Positions 55,333 to 63,407 of a stretch of 64,000 bases of DNA are shown here, one piece after another. The notes under the pieces were generated by a model that worked only from the letters and a program-made list of their open reading frames with translations, had not been told where the DNA came from and did not search any database. Made by a program: the position numbers and the translations under genes. Origin of the DNA: a virus; the IMG/VR virus record IMGVR_UViG_3300023202_000068, positions 1-64,000 of that record. The stretch is one strand, 5' to 3'. Position 1 is the stretch's first letter. The number at the start of each line of letters is the position of its first letter.

Positions 55333-55792
55333 GGCTGGTGTGTTCAGTGTTTATGAGTCCTTGCAAGTCGAGGCTATCTATAACGCTGTCACCAACAACG
55401 ATGGCTTCTTTGAAAGAAAGGTGCGTAGGTGGTTTAGTAAGAACTACAACACTCCTTTGATGGACACATACGAAGTTCCATGGTCGGATATCTTAATTCA
55501 CTACTACGAGTCTTTACTTGAAAATAATACATTTAATCAGAACTTTGAGATCATGACTGCTAGGTATTTGCCAGAACTAGTAGACCAAAAAGATGCTGAA
55601 GATGCAGCATTCGCTCAGAGCCTCGTAGAGGAGCAGAGAAGGACGTTAAAGAAAAAGAAGGCAAAGACTAAGGTTAAGCTTAAAAAACCAGCAGAGGCCC
55701 CAAAACGGAAGCCTGAGGGTGAACCAGAAGAAGTAATGAACTTGCAGTTTGATGACAAAGACTTTGAAGGTGGTGGTGATGAAGATTCATAA
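55283..55792 (+). CDS. hypothetical protein (possible second tail-chaperone segment)
   Basis: RRWFSKNYNTPL...LIHYYE. Confidence 0.5.
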   Translation: MKRRKKKSKKPIAQRAKAGVFSVYESLQVEAIYNAVTNNDGFFERKVRRWFSKNYNTPLMDTYEVPWSDILIHYYESLLENNTFNQNFEIMTARYLPELVDQKDAEDAAFAQSLVEEQRRTLKKKKAKTKVKLKKPAEAPKRKPEGEPEEVMNLQFDDKDFEGGGDEDS

Positions 55793-56117
55793 AAAAGCAA
55801 AGACAACTTTAAAAGCATCGTTTGGAAGTAGAAGAGGAAGGCATTACACACCTGAAGCCAGTCGGTTTCAAAAAGAACAAAACAGTATAGAATATTTACA
55901 AGCACTTCTTTGGAAACATTGTAGTGAAGCCATGTTTTCCCCAGAAGACTGGTTGGCTGAAAAAGAATTTATCGAAAGTATGAAAACCCACAAATCGATT
56001 AAGTTTGTCAACAACAAGCCCGTAGAATACCATCCGTTTGACAACTACCATCCCATGACTGACTACATAGAATATTTAAGAAAACAAATAAGAACTAGGA
56101 GAGAAAATGTTGATTGA
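55779..56117 (+). CDS. hypothetical protein
   Basis: ORF; likely start MKIHK. Confidence 0.5.
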   Translation: MKIHKKAKTTLKASFGSRRGRHYTPEASRFQKEQNSIEYLQALLWKHCSEAMFSPEDWLAEKEFIESMKTHKSIKFVNNKPVEYHPFDNYHPMTDYIEYLRKQIRTRRENVD

Positions 56118-56370
56118 TAAAGGCCACGTGCTATTTAGCAAGGTAATTCTTGTAGACTCTAACGGTGAGCAGATTAAAGAGCCAATTAAGAGCTTCGACA
56201 CAGTTACAAAAAAAGCTGTAGTATTTTCACAACGAGAAGATGGTGGGGTAAAAATTTACAAAGACGAAAGCGACAACACTCACATAGAGACAGAAGAGAA
56301 ATACTTTCTCGACGCCTACTTGGTTTACAAAGGAACAAAAGAGCGCGTGCTCGAAAAGGATATGCAATGA
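56107..56370 (+). CDS. hypothetical protein
   Basis: AGGAG RBS. Confidence 0.6.
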   Translation: MLIDKGHVLFSKVILVDSNGEQIKEPIKSFDTVTKKAVVFSQREDGGVKIYKDESDNTHIETEEKYFLDAYLVYKGTKERVLEKDMQ

Positions 56371-56540
56371 AAAAATTACTAGCAATGCCTGAGATTTACT
56401 CAGTTCTACTCTTTACCACACTGACTCTTTGGCTAGTAATGAACGACAGTCTCTTGGCTACCTTCACTGGAATTTGGCTTGGTGTAAGAATTTCAGACTT
56501 ATTTCACCAAATGAGGGAGGACTTAAAAGATAATGCATAA
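56367..56540 (+). CDS. small membrane protein (not in ORF track)
   Basis: MKKLLAMPEIYSVLLFTTLTLWLVMNDSLLATFTGIWLG...; ATGA overlap. Confidence 0.5.
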   Translation: MKKLLAMPEIYSVLLFTTLTLWLVMNDSLLATFTGIWLGVRISDLFHQMREDLKDNA

Positions 56541-56757
56541 GAAAGGCTACATCGGATACAATTACGAGTATGACTCTAGCATTGCAAATGTTGATGACAG
56601 TGTATTTTTTATAGCCAGAAGGATTGTAAGAATAACAGGTTCTGCACATAAAATCAATTTATATGGAAAGTTTGCAGGTTATGGTAGACAACAGTATAAA
56701 GAAACATTCTTATCTAGAACTGATAAGGTAAGGATTAAAAGAAGAAATAAAGGATAG
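56533..56757 (+). CDS. hypothetical protein
   Basis: GGGAGG upstream. Confidence 0.5.
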   Translation: MHKKGYIGYNYEYDSSIANVDDSVFFIARRIVRITGSAHKINLYGKFAGYGRQQYKETFLSRTDKVRIKRRNKG

Positions 56758-56953
56758 GCGGCGTGGGAAGCTGTGGTGAGCAAGTACCTTTTGGTAAGAT
56801 TAGCGCCACTGGAGACACGCTAGAGCACTTAGAGATAACTAAGACGCTTGAAAGCGGTTGGTAAAAAACAAATGAGATTAAACGCTCATATGCTAGTTTC
56901 GGCTACCATAAACCGACAAACACCGTTACCATAGTAGCGACTGGTCCTATCCA
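56752..56953 (+). ncRNA. ~200-nt tRNA-like structured RNA
   Basis: 7-bp GGATAGG/CCTATCC acceptor-like stem plus discriminator A, GCGTG/CACGC D-like stem, ACCA..AGTAGCGA..TGGT T-like arm, several internal hairpins. Confidence 0.65.
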
Positions 56954-56992
56954 CTTTTTACAAACTGCAACAATATTTAGAGTAGAGGGTGT

Positions 56993-57259
56993 ATGACAAC
57001 ACTAGAAGAATTAGAAAAGTTTGCAGAAAAACATAAAGGTGTAAAGATTACACAAAAGCACTTTACTAAAGACTTAATGGCTAGTACGTTCTTTATCCCT
57101 AATGGTGAAGTTAGGCCTCTTGATAATAGCTATGAAGACCCAAAGATATATAAGATTATGGGTAAGTTCTACAAGCATGAGGATGACACGGGAGTAGACT
57201 CTGAGGTTGTTTTTGATTTAGAACTAATGGATTTAGATTTATTTGTCTTATTTGAATAG
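56993..57259 (+). CDS. hypothetical protein
   Basis: GAGGG RBS. Confidence 0.6.
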   Translation: MTTLEELEKFAEKHKGVKITQKHFTKDLMASTFFIPNGEVRPLDNSYEDPKIYKIMGKFYKHEDDTGVDSEVVFDLELMDLDLFVLFE

Positions 57260-57476
57260 GCTCCTATGGACTTAACAGCATAGGCTAAGTTGTGTTCTTT
57301 CACAAGCCATACATTCTGAGCGTGTCTACAGGGCACTTTGAGCACCACCCAGATCATACGTGAGCTTCGGCAAAACGCATTTTCAGGGAAGGTGCATTCG
57401 TGCGTCTAAAATCAGCAATCATTTCAGCTATATACCAGTTTGCAAGGTAATGTAACAAAAAAATGTTACAAAGAGC

Positions 57477-57521
57477 TTGCATTGTCCATCCACCTGTGGT
57501 GTAATAATTACATAGGGAGGG
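57477..57521 (+). promoter_or_regulatory. early promoter + RBS unit 1
   Basis: TTGCAT-17nt-TGTAAT...TAGGGAGG. Confidence 0.6.
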
Positions 57522-57524
57522 ATT

Positions 57525-57701
57525 ATGAATTTCTACAACATCAAACTTACATTCTCAAACGGCGAAGTCACTACACTTAGAGTACACGGTATCTTCTTTA
57601 AGTCACACGATGCAGCTCTTGATGGTTTCCTATCTATGGTCCTAGAGGCTGGTATCCAAAAGTCTACAGCAGCAGATGGTACAGTGGTGGAGTTCTACTA
57701 A
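57525..57701 (+). CDS. 58-aa early protein (not in ORF track)
   Basis: MNFYNIKLTFSNGEVTTLRVHG...; GGGAGGG RBS. Confidence 0.7.
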   Translation: MNFYNIKLTFSNGEVTTLRVHGIFFKSHDAALDGFLSMVLEAGIQKSTAADGTVVEFY

Positions 57702-57716
57702 TTATTTAAAATAGTT

Positions 57717-57761
57717 CTTGCAATTATTACAAACCTATGAGACTATTAATGTATAGGGAGG
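57717..57761 (+). promoter_or_regulatory. early promoter + RBS unit 2
   Basis: CTTGCAATTATTACAA...TATAGGGAGG. Confidence 0.75.
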
Positions 57762-57770
57762 AACAACAAT

Positions 57771-58037
57771 ATGGGAAGATCTAGAACGCCAAAATACAGA
57801 ATCGAATTAAGAGCTAGTAACATGGGTAGAACTTCTTTTTCTTATGAGAAGCAACCTGCTACTGTTGATGGACTTGTAGAATTTATAAAAGTTTGGGAGA
57901 AGTCTTTTCAGCCTGGTGGAGTTAACGAGCACTTCAACTTCCCATCACCAGTGACTGTATTTCAAGCTGAGATCGTCAACCAGAAGACCAATGAGACTGT
58001 TGTAGAGTTTAAGCTTCCAATGTTTCAGGAGATATAA
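57771..58037 (+). CDS. early hypothetical protein
   Basis: Follows promoter/RBS unit. Confidence 0.75.
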   Translation: MGRSRTPKYRIELRASNMGRTSFSYEKQPATVDGLVEFIKVWEKSFQPGGVNEHFNFPSPVTVFQAEIVNQKTNETVVEFKLPMFQEI

Positions 58038-58306
58038 TGACATACATGTACGAAATATCACAAGACCTAGACGTTAGCTACCAAGATCAAGGTCCATGGA
58101 GATCGTATCAGCTAGAAGCCATGGGTGACAGTTTTGAGCAATTGTGGGATAATGCATTTGTATACGAGCTTGATAAAGATGGTGGGGAGCTAAACTTGTA
58201 CCACGCTATGGAAGCTCCAAAGCAAGTGTTTGAGAAGGTAGAAGAGATAATGAATGGATATGTACACGATCACAGAGCAGCAGCGGTTGTTGCTGGGGAG
58301 GACTAA
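58037..58306 (+). CDS. early acidic hypothetical protein
   Basis: AGGAG RBS; TAATG coupling. Confidence 0.7.
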   Translation: MTYMYEISQDLDVSYQDQGPWRSYQLEAMGDSFEQLWDNAFVYELDKDGGELNLYHAMEAPKQVFEKVEEIMNGYVHDHRAAAVVAGED

Positions 58307-58307
58307 A

Positions 58308-58529
58308 ATGAAAGCAATATACAGAGTTGAGATACCAGGGAAAGACCCACAATGGATGTCTAAGGACGTGAACGGGAGCTACAGCCTAGTTACCAAGATG
58401 AGCGTGGCTGCCCCTATAGAAGAACATGAGCACTTGATTATTATGGACTTCCTTCCTGAGGGCACTACAGCCTATGTGGAGCAATCTAGCATTCAGCTCG
58501 AAATTAAGGACATTTGGAGAGCTATGTAA
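58308..58529 (+). CDS. early hypothetical protein
   Basis: GGGGAGG RBS before ATG 58308. Confidence 0.65.
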   Translation: MKAIYRVEIPGKDPQWMSKDVNGSYSLVTKMSVAAPIEEHEHLIIMDFLPEGTTAYVEQSSIQLEIKDIWRAM

Positions 58530-58545
58530 TTTTTTTAAAAAAAGA

Positions 58546-58591
58546 CTTGCAATTATTACAAGCCTATGAGATATTAGTTGTATAGGGAGGG
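58546..58591 (+). promoter_or_regulatory. early promoter + RBS unit 3
   Basis: CTTGCAATTATTACAA...TATAGGGAGG with AT-rich upstream element. Confidence 0.75.
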
Positions 58592-58595
58592 ACAT

Positions 58596-58811
58596 ATGAA
58601 ACTAACAGTCTTACAAAAACACGCACTAGAATATATCGCAGGTCTTCAGGTTACTGGCACTCCGCAACGCAGAGTGGTTGTAAACATCTACAAAAAAGGT
58701 CTCATTACATCTGACCGCAAGCTCACAGCCAAAGGAGCTGAGCTTCTTGGTCTTCAGGTTAGCGAGGAAGTGGTTTACGTAAACTTCAAGTCAAGAAGAA
58801 AGGTGGCGTAA
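58596..58811 (+). CDS. early small winged-helix-like protein
   Basis: LTVLQKHALEYI...KKGLI...LTAKGAELL. Confidence 0.6.
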   Translation: MKLTVLQKHALEYIAGLQVTGTPQRRVVVNIYKKGLITSDRKLTAKGAELLGLQVSEEVVYVNFKSRRKVA

Positions 58812-58827
58812 AAAATATAAAATAATG

Positions 58828-58872
58828 CTTGCAATTATTACAAAGCTTTAGTATTATTTATATATAGGGAGG
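58828..58872 (+). promoter_or_regulatory. early promoter + RBS unit 4
   Basis: TTGCAA-17nt-TATTAT, TATAGGGAGG. Confidence 0.8.
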
Positions 58873-58877
58873 CAAAT

Positions 58878-59117
58878 ATGGACATCAAACTTCAAGAAGC
58901 TCTAATCAATATCGCTCACCAAGACTTGCGTGATGCACGCGCTGAGGGTGAGATTGCAATCTGCAACACAAAGCTTGGCACTTTGTGCCTAGGCTACAAC
59001 AGAGCCAAGGGCACTTACACGATTAATCCTGTATCTATTTCTCAGACCATGTCTGACCTTACAATAGACCAGGCAGTTTATGAACTAGTTCACTCTTACG
59101 AAGTCGAGGTAGACTAA
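58878..59117 (+). CDS. early hypothetical protein
   Basis: Follows promoter/RBS unit. Confidence 0.7.
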   Translation: MDIKLQEALINIAHQDLRDARAEGEIAICNTKLGTLCLGYNRAKGTYTINPVSISQTMSDLTIDQAVYELVHSYEVEVD

Positions 59118-59863
59118 TGAATAAGGACAATGTATTAGACAAGATCAAGAAACTACTAGCACTTGCAAACTCTTCAAACGAGCACGAGGCTAAAGCAGCC
59201 AGTGCACGTGCACATGCACTTCTTACAAAATACAACCTTACCATGGATGACGCGGAAGCTTTAGATAGAAAGTATACTGAAGAGTTTTGCTCAACAGGTA
59301 GACAGAGAATGCCAATGCAGTGGAAGTTTGTACAAAGTCTTTTGCGTGAGTTCTTCTATATTGAGATTGTACAAACTAAGAGAAGAAAGAAGTCTGAGAC
59401 TTTAGAAGAGATGCTAGGTCCTATCAAACTTGAGATCTGCTACCTAATGTTTGGTAAAGCCCACAACATAGAAGTGGCTAAGTATATCAGAGACTTCCTA
59501 ATGCGTGCTTTTGAAGACTCTTTCAAGTCATACCGCAAAGAGACTGGAGCACCAGCTAAGGCTAAGCAAAGTTACTACATAGGTTTGTATCAGGGTTTGC
59601 AAGAGCAACTAATAGATGCTAGGGGAGAGGTCGAACAAGAGACTGGACTTGTGGTTGTTCCCGATGCTGATCTTAATGACTTTGTAGAAAACTCGTTTAA
59701 CAATAAGCTAACCACAAGGAATAGCAATAAAGTAGTGATAGATAAGCAAGCTATGTCTGCAGGATATGAAAAAGGTAAAGATATGAGCATTGCTAGAGGC
59801 CTTGGCGGAAGCTCTTCCAAGCAGGTAAGGAGCACTTTGAGGCTTGGAGGAAGCAATGGGTAA
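59117..59863 (+). CDS. DUF2786-domain protein
   Basis: LDKIKKLLALANSSNEHEAKAASARAHALLTKYNL. Confidence 0.8.
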   Translation: MNKDNVLDKIKKLLALANSSNEHEAKAASARAHALLTKYNLTMDDAEALDRKYTEEFCSTGRQRMPMQWKFVQSLLREFFYIEIVQTKRRKKSETLEEMLGPIKLEICYLMFGKAHNIEVAKYIRDFLMRAFEDSFKSYRKETGAPAKAKQSYYIGLYQGLQEQLIDARGEVEQETGLVVVPDADLNDFVENSFNNKLTTRNSNKVVIDKQAMSAGYEKGKDMSIARGLGGSSSKQVRSTLRLGGSNG

Positions 59864-60095
59864 ATGTGGATTCTGCGACATACCGTGCGGTAATTCGCAC
59901 TGTGCGTTCAATACAGATAATAAAGACGTGACCAAGGTGAAGTTGTTTAAAAACACAATAAGTTTCACTCGTGATGGCGCTGAGGTTAGTATTGTGGTAA
60001 AATCTACCAATAAGCTAGCATTAGCTGAGGTGGAAGATTTATTGAGAAGCGTCAAGCGTGATGCTGGAATATCTTGTGAAGAAAAAAACTATTGA
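59856..60095 (+). CDS. small Cys-rich hypothetical protein
   Basis: GGAGG RBS; CGFCDIPCGNSHC. Confidence 0.55.
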   Translation: MGKCGFCDIPCGNSHCAFNTDNKDVTKVKLFKNTISFTRDGAEVSIVVKSTNKLALAEVEDLLRSVKRDAGISCEEKNY

Positions 60096-60237
60096 AGTAT
60101 TGGTGGAGGAATAAAATGCCATTAACATTTCATGGCAGTGAAGTTACTGCCACGCAACTATTTTTTCTAGCGCAATTGTTCGTACCATTTGCAGTCTACT
60201 TCTTATGGACTTTCTTTAACGAGTGGAAGAGGCAGAG

Positions 60238-60666
60238 ATGAATAGCTTGCTAATTAGAGCTAGTTTTGTTATGCTTGTAATCATTACAGTGCAACACGAC
60301 ACATTTAAAGAGGTATACAAGGTGTTTACTAAAGATTACGAAGCTGAGGCTAGAGGTAAGTTGTGCGCTGAAGTCATGGCGATGGAAGACATGTATAAGA
60401 CTTACGCTAGAAATTTATATATTAGAGGCTGTCAAGTTGCCTACGCAAATATGCAGTTTGAAATGTTTACAGCAATGGCTGGTGGTAAGGCTACTGAAGA
60501 GCATAGGAAAAAGTATTTTGAGATAATTAACGATGAAGAAACACCTGAACACGAAGCTATGATGAACTGGTGTGGCAAGGCAGCTTCAAAGTATGAGTTG
60601 GACAATAAAGATCAAATGGTTATGACTTGGCACTTAAAGGAGAAGATGTGCTATGAGCAGGAGTAA
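60238..60666 (+). CDS. hypothetical protein with N-terminal hydrophobic segment
   Basis: GAGG RBS before ATG 60238. Confidence 0.55.
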   Translation: MNSLLIRASFVMLVIITVQHDTFKEVYKVFTKDYEAEARGKLCAEVMAMEDMYKTYARNLYIRGCQVAYANMQFEMFTAMAGGKATEEHRKKYFEIINDEETPEHEAMMNWCGKAASKYELDNKDQMVMTWHLKEKMCYEQE

Positions 60667-60799
60667 TTACTCAAGTGGCCTTGACCAGTTGTCGTATGGA
60701 CGCTGGAGACCTAGATAATATGACAACTAAAGAGGCTTTTCAAGCTGCGCAGTGGTTTTCTCACCTTGGTGATTGGTTGGCAGACAAGGAGAAGGGGTG

Positions 60800-61030
60800 A
60801 TGTGTATAATTTGCATAGAAATGGCTAAACAGAGAATGACAATACCAGAGGCTGAGGGAAACGTCGGCGAGGTAGTTGTTACAAAGTCATTCGGTGAGCA
60901 GTTTGAAGAGCAGCACGCACGTGACTTGAAAGATGCATTGACAGACTTAGATATTGATAAACTAGACAAGGTAATAAAGGAAGGGATAGAAGAAGATGAA
61001 CAAAACACTAAAGATGGCTCAAGAGGCTAA
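60800..61030 (+). CDS. hypothetical protein
   Basis: Probable start MCIIC after a purine-rich RBS. Confidence 0.55.
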   Translation: MCIICIEMAKQRMTIPEAEGNVGEVVVTKSFGEQFEEQHARDLKDALTDLDIDKLDKVIKEGIEEDEQNTKDGSRG

Positions 61031-61187
61031 CAGTAGAGGAATTATCCCACTAGCAATGGTGGAAAAAGAAGAGATCGAGTATGCACTCCTGGTATATAAG
61101 GGTAATAAGACCTTGGCAGCCAGAGCACTAGGTATTGGTCGAGCTACGATCTATAGAAAAATTAAAGAGCACAAGATCACACTATGA
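60996..61187 (+). CDS. stand-alone Fis-type HTH protein
   Basis: EKEEIEYALLVYKGNKTLAARALGIGRATIYRKIKEH. Confidence 0.88.
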   Translation: MNKTLKMAQEANSRGIIPLAMVEKEEIEYALLVYKGNKTLAARALGIGRATIYRKIKEHKITL

Positions 61188-61552
61188 AGTTTTGCCCCAA
61201 GTGCAACAAGAATAGGCGAGACACAAGCTTTTATAAGGCTAAGGCTCAGGCTGATGGATTATCCAGCTACTGTAAGGATTGCCTAAACAAGTATCAAAAG
61301 GAAGTAAGAACTCCCAAGCCTAGACCGCGCAAGTATAGTATTAAGAAAGTACGCAATGGATTGTACGCGGTAAGGGAAAAGGGCTGGGCTGTTGAAATGT
61401 TTACAACAATGCAGGAAGCTAAGGATTTTGTATATGGCAAGAAGCCAGAAGAGCCACAAGTGCTAGAGCCGTCTGTAACAGAGCGCGTGCTAGAGGCTTT
61501 AGAGCAAGACGGTGACACCAGCCTAGTCGGAGGACTGGGCATTGATGTGTAG
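61184..61552 (+). CDS. zinc-finger protein
   Basis: CPKC...DGLSSYCKDC. Confidence 0.6.
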   Translation: MKFCPKCNKNRRDTSFYKAKAQADGLSSYCKDCLNKYQKEVRTPKPRPRKYSIKKVRNGLYAVREKGWAVEMFTTMQEAKDFVYGKKPEEPQVLEPSVTERVLEALEQDGDTSLVGGLGIDV

Positions 61553-61674
61553 ACAGACATGTGATAGGATTAGGGCATGGGAAAAGTAATTAAATTTAAA
61601 CCAAAAGACAGTAAAGAACTTGCCCTAGAGTTGATCAAGAAGGGCGGCAAGCACTTTTTAGAAGGGAAGGCGAT

Positions 61675-62040
61675 GTGGCAAAGGGTTACTACCACAAAAC
61701 AAAAGAAACGATAGAGCTTAACCTAGACAAGGTTGTAGTTCGGTCTGTACCTTACAATACGGGTAAGTATGGGATTGTTGAGAAAACCTACACAGGTGAC
61801 TGGTTTGACTGGGACGACGGACCTGTCTTGTTTTACAAAGCTTTAGAAGTGGCTAAACATAGTGTTAGGAAAATCTCTAGAGACGGTGTTTTGATTGACA
61901 CTGATAAGGGCATTCCCATGCACAACATAAGTCACATTGACATTGAACCACCAACACCTTACGTTCTTAAGTTTAGAAAAGTTTACAGCAACTGGTGGGA
62001 GCGCGTGTTCGGTATCTATGAATGGGTGGAAGAGTCGTGA
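61675..62040 (+). CDS. hypothetical protein
   Basis: ORF in early/middle operon. Confidence 0.55.
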   Translation: MAKGYYHKTKETIELNLDKVVVRSVPYNTGKYGIVEKTYTGDWFDWDDGPVLFYKALEVAKHSVRKISRDGVLIDTDKGIPMHNISHIDIEPPTPYVLKFRKVYSNWWERVFGIYEWVEES

Positions 62041-62336
62041 GTGATTCAAAGATAGATTTTGCAAAACTTAAGGAGTTGCAAGCGTCTGTACCTAAATACA
62101 GGACGTTTATCGTTTTTGATGGTGACCCGATTGAAACAACTGCAAACACAAAAAGGTGTTTAGAACTCCCAAAAGGGGAGAGTCTTACCCCACCTAAGGA
62201 TGGATTTTTAGTTGTAGAAAAGTCAGCTTATAATAAACTGTTAATAGCACTACAAGAAATAGCCAACACCAGACCACACAAAGAAGCAGCACTTGAGATG
62301 AAAAATAAAGCTAAGAAAGTTTTGGAGGAAGCGTGA
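62022..62336 (+). CDS. hypothetical protein
   Basis: ORF; start uncertain. Confidence 0.55.
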   Translation: MGGRVVSDSKIDFAKLKELQASVPKYRTFIVFDGDPIETTANTKRCLELPKGESLTPPKDGFLVVEKSAYNKLLIALQEIANTRPHKEAALEMKNKAKKVLEEA

Positions 62337-62499
62337 AATACTTACAGCCTTTTGATTTTATCGTTCCATACCTGCCGTTTGTGGCTGCAGGCTGGATTTA
62401 CGACTATTTTTTCCCTAGCGTTACACTTACAGAGACAATTTGGTTAATAGCAGCGTGGGTGATTGCAGAAAAAGCAAGCGAATACTTGAGGGGCGAGTA

Positions 62500-62745
62500 G
62501 TGGAGACTGTAAAGTTTATATTAAAGTGTTTGTTTAACAAAAGCCTTGGACCTTTTCTATTTATGATTATAATAGGTTTAAACACACAGGCAGTTCAAGA
62601 CTTTAAAGTTCGCGTTGCCATACTGATGATTGGAATGTTTATAGGTATTGCATTCAGTGATTGGTTAGATAAAGCTGTAGAAATTTCAGAACAAGAAAAA
62701 AAGAAAGCACAGGAAGAGTTGGATGAAAAAAGGCGACAAAGTTAA
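62500..62745 (+). CDS. small 2-TM membrane protein
   Basis: Two hydrophobic helices; start approximate. Confidence 0.5.
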   Translation: METVKFILKCLFNKSLGPFLFMIIIGLNTQAVQDFKVRVAILMIGMFIGIAFSDWLDKAVEISEQEKKKAQEELDEKRRQS

Positions 62746-62897
62746 GGACCTTAAAACAGGAGAAGTGGCGACAATAGTAGGTGTCAGGGGAGGGCTAATA
62801 TATGTTATGCCTGACTCAGCTTCACACTTTGCAACGCCAGAATGTTGGTATTACAAATGGGTAAAAAAGCTGGAAGGAGCTGGGGAATAGTTTGCGC

Positions 62898-63012
62898 TTT
62901 ACAAATTGTAAACTTAATTGTAAACTGAGGTTAGTTTTAATTGTAAATTATTCCGTATTGTGATTAGTATATATACGAATAATTTACAAAAAAAATTAGT
63001 ATATATACGAAG
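62898..63012. repeat. AT-rich repeat cluster
   Basis: AATTGTAAA x3, inverted TTTACAA copies, ATTAGTATATATACGAA x2. Confidence 0.8.
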
Positions 63013-63024
63013 AAAGGATTTTAA

Positions 63025-63297
63025 ATGAAAACAGTAAGAGCTATAGAAGAAAAAGAAAATGAAGGCATGATGGCTCTAATGGGAAAGCGGGTATTAATAA
63101 TGACCGCTGGCTATTTTTACGAGGGCGAGCTTGTCGGTGTAAACGATACCTGTGTAAAGCTTAGTGACCCAAGTATTGTCTACGAGACGGGAAAGTTTTC
63201 TGACAAAACATATGACGATATTCAAAAACTGCACACAAATATCTGGTACGTGCAGACAGGCTTGATTGAGTCATTTGGAGTTTCTAAAAATGATTAA
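63025..63297 (+). CDS. Sm/LSm-like fold protein
   Basis: LMGKRVLIMTAGYFYEGELVGVNDTCVKLSD...WYVQTGLIESF. Confidence 0.6.
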   Translation: MKTVRAIEEKENEGMMALMGKRVLIMTAGYFYEGELVGVNDTCVKLSDPSIVYETGKFSDKTYDDIQKLHTNIWYVQTGLIESFGVSKND

Positions 63298-63379
63298 TCA
63301 AAAGTCAATTAGATTGCGATATTGGTCAGAGTCAGGGTCATGGTCAGGGTCAAGGTCATGGTCAAGGTCAAGGTCATGA
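63290..63379 (+). CDS. 29-aa Ser-x repeat peptide encoded by NGGTCA hexamers
   Basis: MINQKSIRLRYWSESGSWSGSRSWSRSRS; overlaps the stop of the Sm-like gene. Confidence 0.55.
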   Translation: MINQKSIRLRYWSESGSWSGSRSWSRSRS

Positions 63380-63407
63380 GTTTAAATATGCGAAGGAAGG
63401 GTGAGAG

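Noticed and set aside
56752-56953. Canonical tRNA, intron-containing tRNA or tmRNA
   Set aside because: No TTCRA T-loop, no clean anticodon arm, no G3-U70 pair or tag ORF; kept only as a tRNA-like RNA
63320-63379. Hexamer repeat as a diversity-generating retroelement TR/VR
   Set aside because: No reverse transcriptase and no ~100-nt repeat pair differing at adenines in the window
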